A stretch of 64,000 nt of DNA from Eledone cirrhosa. Lineage: Eukaryota. Of this stretch, positions 54,932 to 64,000 are shown in pieces. How positions within the stretch are numbered: the stretch's first letter is position 1; each line of letters opens with the position of its first letter. The notes under the pieces are model-generated. The model was given only the letters and a program-made list of their open reading frames with translations, made no database searches and was not told the DNA's origin. Location of the stretch: assembly GCA_964016885.1 (NCBI GenBank), contig OZ024742.1, forward strand, positions 222,084,001 through 222,148,000. The letters are read 5' to 3'. A program made the position numbers and the translations under genes.

Positions 54932-55633
54932 AACGGAAAAAATGAAACGAAATTTCATTTCCCACTCTTAGTACGGCTGTTACTTAAACATAAGTATATA
55001 TACGTACATACATATATGTATACAGACGTACAGTAGTATGTATATATATATATACATACATGCACACATATATATATGTACGTATGGATTCACCGAACAT
55101 TTATTATAATGCTCAGTGTGTTTGTAAACAAACATCCCGTATTAAGCCGTAGTGTCTAGCAACCATCGTTGCTCGTTTGTTCAACACTGACAAAGGAACG
55201 CTGTACTAGTTTCAAACTTATTAGCTATCGTCAGCAACATATACCTTCCTGCCAGATGATTGAACGTCTGAAAGTATATACTTTCCTTATGCATATTAAC
55301 GGATGAGTAGCCCAATTTGCATATCGAGTGGGTTAATCGGCCGGGTGCACCGAAAACGATAAACGGAAAAAATGAAACGAAATTTCATTTCCCAGTCTTA
55401 GTACGGCCGTTACTTAAATATAAGTATGTATACGTACATTCATATATGTATGCAGACGTACAGTAGTATGTATATATATATATATACATACATGCACGCA
55501 TCTATATTTACGTATGGATTCACCGAACATTTATTATAATGCTCGGTGTGTTTGTAAACAAACATCCACAATTAAGCCGTAGTGTCTAGCAACCATCGTT
55601 GCTCGTTTGTTCAACACTGACAAAGGAACGCTG
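54932..55633 (-). mobile_element. Family A mini-element, 1.6 tandem units (period 430 bp)
   Basis: 54932-55203 is repeated at 55362-55633. No ORF. (TA)n flanks. Confidence 0.9.
55199..55239 (-). ncRNA. Minimal type I hammerhead ribozyme (family A)
   Basis: UGUUG-CUGACGA-U-AGCU AAUA AGUU-U-GAA-ACUAGU-A^CAGCG. The two changes relative to 48284 both retain pairing through G-U. Confidence 0.85.
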
Positions 55634-55729
<96 letters not shown>

Positions 55730-55731
<2 letters not shown>

Positions 55732-55945
55732 AAAATAACAGATTAAAGTTTAAGCAAAGAATCGCTGCTTTCACCCTTAACGGGATCTTCAGAAGATCCC
55801 GTTAAGGGTGAAAGCAGCGATTCTTTGCTTAAACTTTAATCTGTTATTTTAATAAATATTTGCTCTACGGTTCTTATGTATTTGATATATATTTATCCTT
55901 ATCGAGCCCTCTTTGGATTTTAGTCTTCAAATTTATTATTATTAC

Positions 55946-55946
<1 letters not shown>
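55730..55946 (+). mobile_element. Family C hairpin plus tail
   Basis: ~60-bp perfect arms centred at ~55790 on the HHR core. Tail matches 21101-21190 and 41851-41895. Confidence 0.8.
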
Positions 55947-55976
<30 letters not shown>

Positions 55977-56067
55977 AGGGTGTACCTAAAAATGTATATA
56001 TATACTATATATACATATTTTATTAGAATGCTCTGTTGAAGTCTGTATACATTTTGGAGGGACACCC

Positions 56068-56068
<1 letters not shown>
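55977..56068. mobile_element. Mariner-type MITE
   Basis: AGGGTGT...ACACCCT ends resembling the TIR at 9848, in (TA)n. Confidence 0.55.
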
Positions 56069-56132
<64 letters not shown>

Positions 56133-56140
56133 TCTATATA

Positions 56141-56223
<83 letters not shown>

Positions 56224-56575
56224 TCACTCTCTCTCTTTATATATATATATATTATATATATGCATATATATATTCTAAACGAGGGAAATTAAAGAAACCA
56301 TAGTTTATACGAAGCTAGCTGCCGGGGTCTGTATTTACCATTTACTTGTGAGTGGTGGGCGAGAGTCCTTACAATCTAGTCGAATCAATACCACGTATAG
56401 AGACCACATAACGTCTCTTTTCCCTTCTTTTGCCTTATTTATTGACCCCTTTATTTAGTTTCTATTCATAGTGGTTACTGAGTTTCGTCTATCGATTTTC
56501 CACTCGTCATTGAAACAGTGAAACAAACAAGTAAAAAAAAAAAAAAAACAAGATTACATTGTTTCATACTACAAC

Positions 56576-56709
<134 letters not shown>

Positions 56710-57055
56710 TGTGTGTAAATATGAGTATGTGTAAAAAGAAAATGGTTGACTTTATAGTAGTTCGGAGAACTGAGAGAGAGAGAGAGAGAGGGGTGGGGGG
56801 TGATAGATGCGAGATGGTGCCTTTTGTTATTTCTATTGCCGGAAGCAGAGTTAACGTTTTCTTCTTCTAACTGTCTCATGTCTCTCTAATATTTTGGTTG
56901 ATAAGTTCGTAGGAACCTAGTGATCATTTGAATGGGGACGGGCTGTGATTGGATATGATGGTGTTATCGTATAGTGGGGAGACACAGGTGAGAATCACGA
57001 GGATAAATGTACAACTGTTATACATAGATAGATAAATAGACACACACATACACAC

Positions 57056-57099
<44 letters not shown>

Positions 57100-57152
57100 T
57101 GTATATAAATAAATAAATTTAAAATATATATATATATATAAATGTATATATG

Positions 57153-57185
<33 letters not shown>

Positions 57186-57559
57186 ATGTGTGTGTGTATG
57201 TATATATATATATATATATATAGTTGAACTTTTCACCTTAAAATATTTACATTTTCCTAAATATTATGTGCGTTATATATATATATATAGAGAGAGAGAC
57301 AATACTGTGTTTCTCAAATGATATATGGTTCTTTCTCTCTATATATATATATATATCTTTTAATTTGAATTATATCTATATAAAGGGCAAAAGAGAGAGA
57401 GAGGGGGGGGGGCTGATTAATAGATATATACACAGATTGTAAAATGCAAAGTGTAAGTGAAGAGGTCTTTGTTGTAATACTATTGAGCCTTAGGTTATTG
57501 GTGAGATACAGTGTAACACCGCCATTAATATTAGATTGACATAATAACAGACCAATGTA

Positions 57560-57659
<100 letters not shown>

Positions 57660-57675
57660 TTATACCTATTTATAT

Positions 57676-57706
<31 letters not shown>

Positions 57707-58356
57707 CGTATACATACACGTCATATACATACATACATACATACATACATACATACATACATACATACATACATACATACATACATACATACATACATAC
57801 ATACGTACATATATACATATATATATACATACATATATATACTGATTTTCTAGATTAAAATCAATATCTATTTCAATATCAGATATAATATTAGATCAGA
57901 AGCAAGGAATAGAAGAAGAAAAAAAGCAAGTAGGATATTTCTTTTTCGATATAATTGGTTGAGATTGCCAAGGCATATGCAGTGGCACCAGCTGTAGAAA
58001 CAGGCGAGATTCTTTGTAATTTCTACATCGTATACACAAGGCTGCCTGCTTTGGAAACGAGATGGTTTTCCTATTTAGTGTAAAATTTACTTCAAATCTT
58101 GTTAGGTGTAGGTATAGTTGTATGGCTCACAACCATGTGGTTCTAGGTTAAGTCCAACTGTATGGTAACGTGGTCAAGTTTCTTTCTATTTCTATAGCCT
58201 TATTGTTGAAAATTGGTAGACGGAACTGCATGTGTGTGCGTGTGTGTGTGTGTGTGTGCAGACCTGCCAATTTCTAAAAACCCAAACGGGGAGAACCATG
58301 AAAAAAGTTCCCCCATACGGGGAGAAATGAGGCAAAATAGGGAGATTTTACATAAT

Positions 58357-58530
58357 TTTTTCTACTTTTGGCACAAGGCCAGCAATTACCCAGTTCATTA
58401 CTGGTACTTTGTTTTATCGACCCGGTAAGGATGAAAGATAAAGTTAACCTCGACGGGATTTGAACTCAGACCGTAAAGGGACGTAACTATGCTGGAAAGC
58501 ATGGCGTCCGACCCTCTACCGATACTGCCA
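58357..58530 (-). mobile_element. tRNA-derived SINE
   Basis: Same SINE core. Confidence 0.85.
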
Positions 58531-58997
58531 AGCTATACCTATTTTTACAAGAGAAGACATCTCTCACCCACCCCAAAGTGAATTGAGAAAGTTTACAGAT
58601 CTGGTGTTGCGTGTGTGTGTGTGTTTCCGTATCTATGTTAGCATTTATGTCTGTGTTTATGTTCTGTAACTTAGAGGTTCAACAAGAAAAAGAAAAGAGA
58701 GATCGTTGAAATAAGTACGAGATTAGAAAATTAAGTATTGACATCAATAGGATCAACTAAACCATAATATAAAATAAAGGAATTGATGTGTTTTCCTACA
58801 CACACAAAAATCATTGAGAAATGGGTATACTTGACAGGGGAAAGGGGTTAATCGTCATAATGAAACATCGAGACATTTCTGTACGCTTCTGTGCTTACAA
58901 CATAATTTCCAGTCTCTGCACCTTTCTAAATACTAAATCTAAAGATTTAAATCTTCTCTACTTGGAATTTTTGCATTTCATGATAGCTAACTATTGA

Positions 58998-62409
<3,412 letters not shown>

Positions 62410-62418
62410 AATATATAT

Positions 62419-62700
62419 AAATGGAAAAAAATGAAACAAAATTTAATTTCTCACTCTTAGTACGGCTGTTACTTAAATATAAGTATGTATACGTACATAC
62501 ATATATGTATACAGACGTACAGTAGAATATATATATATACATACATGCACACATATATATATGTACGTATGGGTTTACCGAACATTTATTATAATGCTCG
62601 GTGTGGTTGTAAACAAACATCCCGAATTAAGCCGTACAGTGTCTAGCAACCATCCTTTGTCAGTGTTGAACAAAAGGGCAACGATGGTTGCTAAACACTA
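62419..62700 (-). mobile_element. Family A truncated copy with short inversion
   Basis: Same tail start. Inverted segment 62654-62700. Confidence 0.8.
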
Positions 62701-62949
62701 TATCCACAGTATATACATTATATACGCACTTTATAAATAAAACGAATAAATTGTTGCCTTGTGGGCATGGAGGAAAACTAAGGTACAACAAGCAATTGCG
62801 ATGTGTCTGATCTCTCGATTTCCTCCTTAACTGTTTATCCCTCAGGAAACCGAGTTATCCGCTTTTCCACCTGAAGATAGATCTTGGCTAGTTTTCCGCT
62901 CCGCTGCAGAATTATTATCATAGAATTCCCAATCCAGCACACCCAAAGA

Positions 62950-63260
62950 TCAGATTGCAGTTTTAGTTACAGGAAAAGGAAAGAGGAGACCTTAGGTGTT
63001 CCGATTCCAAGAAATGGAACCGGATAACAAGTCACTCATGTCGTTTTGAAGGAAATTCAACGACTCAAAATTAAGGATATAATAATTGGCATGTCCTTCG
63101 ACACCAGTGCCAGTAACACTAGCATGCACCAAGCTAATACGAAAATTGAAGCAGCTCTGAAGAAATCCCTCTTGTGGCTGGCTTGCCGCCAATACATTCT
63201 TGAACTAGTTTTGAAGAAAATATCTAACGTAATTCCCTGGTCAAAAAAAGTTGACAAGAC
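62950..63260 (+). mobile_element. hAT-superfamily transposase fragment
   Basis: GMSFDTSASNT..IE..L.K.LLWLACR..ILELVL. Confidence 0.65.
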
Positions 63261-63399
63261 TGTACCTTTGTATTGGAGTTAGAATCCATTGGACAGGCTT
63301 CCACTCAGTTTCCTCCTACCAAAAGACACACACGCAGGGCCTGTCTCTATCCAAGTCAATATTTAAATAAAGAAAAAGAAAAAGAAACACCCACGTCCA

Positions 63400-63472
63400 A
63401 AATGGAACGTGGTGGGATTGAACCCGTATCATCACGATTGGGCAGTGAACTCCTTAACAATTCAACTGATGA
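63400..63472 (-). mobile_element. tRNA-like SINE head or pseudo-tRNA
   Basis: Minus strand has B box GGTTCAATCC with tRNA-like spacing, degenerate. Confidence 0.4.
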
Positions 63473-63589
63473 ACGTTGTCGCCCAGACAGCTTCTATGGC
63501 AACATACTTCACCACATATATAAACTACTAACTAGAAATATAGAAAATTATACAATAAAGTTTTCCTAGGTGAACACTGCTTGTAAATG

Positions 63590-63787
63590 CGAGGGTCGAC
63601 TGAAAGGTTCATAGGTTAACTATGAAGGAGAGATGCTAGGGCTGTGAAATCTAACACGCATGAATTTCAACTCTTCTTATTAATAACTGCATTGTTTTTG
63701 TCCACGGACTATGTCGAAAAATAAACTTCATTTGGTCATCCTTATGAGAATATCTTGGTCAGCCTATGAACTTTTCAGTCGCCCTCG
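63590..63787. mobile_element. Mariner-type MITE, ~200 bp
   Basis: CGAGGGTCGACTGAAAGGTTCATAGG / CCTATGAACTTTTCAGTCGCCCTCG. Confidence 0.75.
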
Positions 63788-64000
63788 TGTATATATATAT
63801 ATATATATATAATGAAATACTGTTGGCTTCACGCTTACAATAATTTCTATACTTTCATTTATATATATATATATATATCGAGGTGTGACACACGAGTTGT
63901 GATATATTAGTAACAAGGAAAAGAAAATGCTGGCAAATTTTTCCCAGTGAAAAATAGTTTAGGCGATATACAATTTTAGTGGACTAAATGCTGCTTACGT

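Overview
Eukaryotic, AT-rich, repeat-saturated window with no host protein-coding gene that I can support. The tRNA-derived SINE and the microsatellite load resemble octopus/cephalopod DNA, which is recognition from memory and not verified. Most ORFs in the track are microsatellite translations. Real coding signal comes only from transposons: two L1/Tx1-type LINEs (one near full length), R4/Dong-type and CRE-type RLE retrotransposons, RTE fragments, a decayed DD41D mariner, a hAT fragment and several Penelope-like elements (PLEs, RT plus GIY-YIG). The most interesting layer is a set of at least six hammerhead-ribozyme (HHR)-bearing repeat families inserted in (TA)n tracts. Two are short, non-coding and tandem (retrozyme/mini-PLE-like), and one copy ends exactly at its predicted self-cleavage site. 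Nearly all copies form head-to-head hairpins in which one arm carries the full 3' tail and the other stops at a fixed, family-specific internal point. Coordinates were counted by eye and may be off by a few bases. All ribozyme folds were done by hand.
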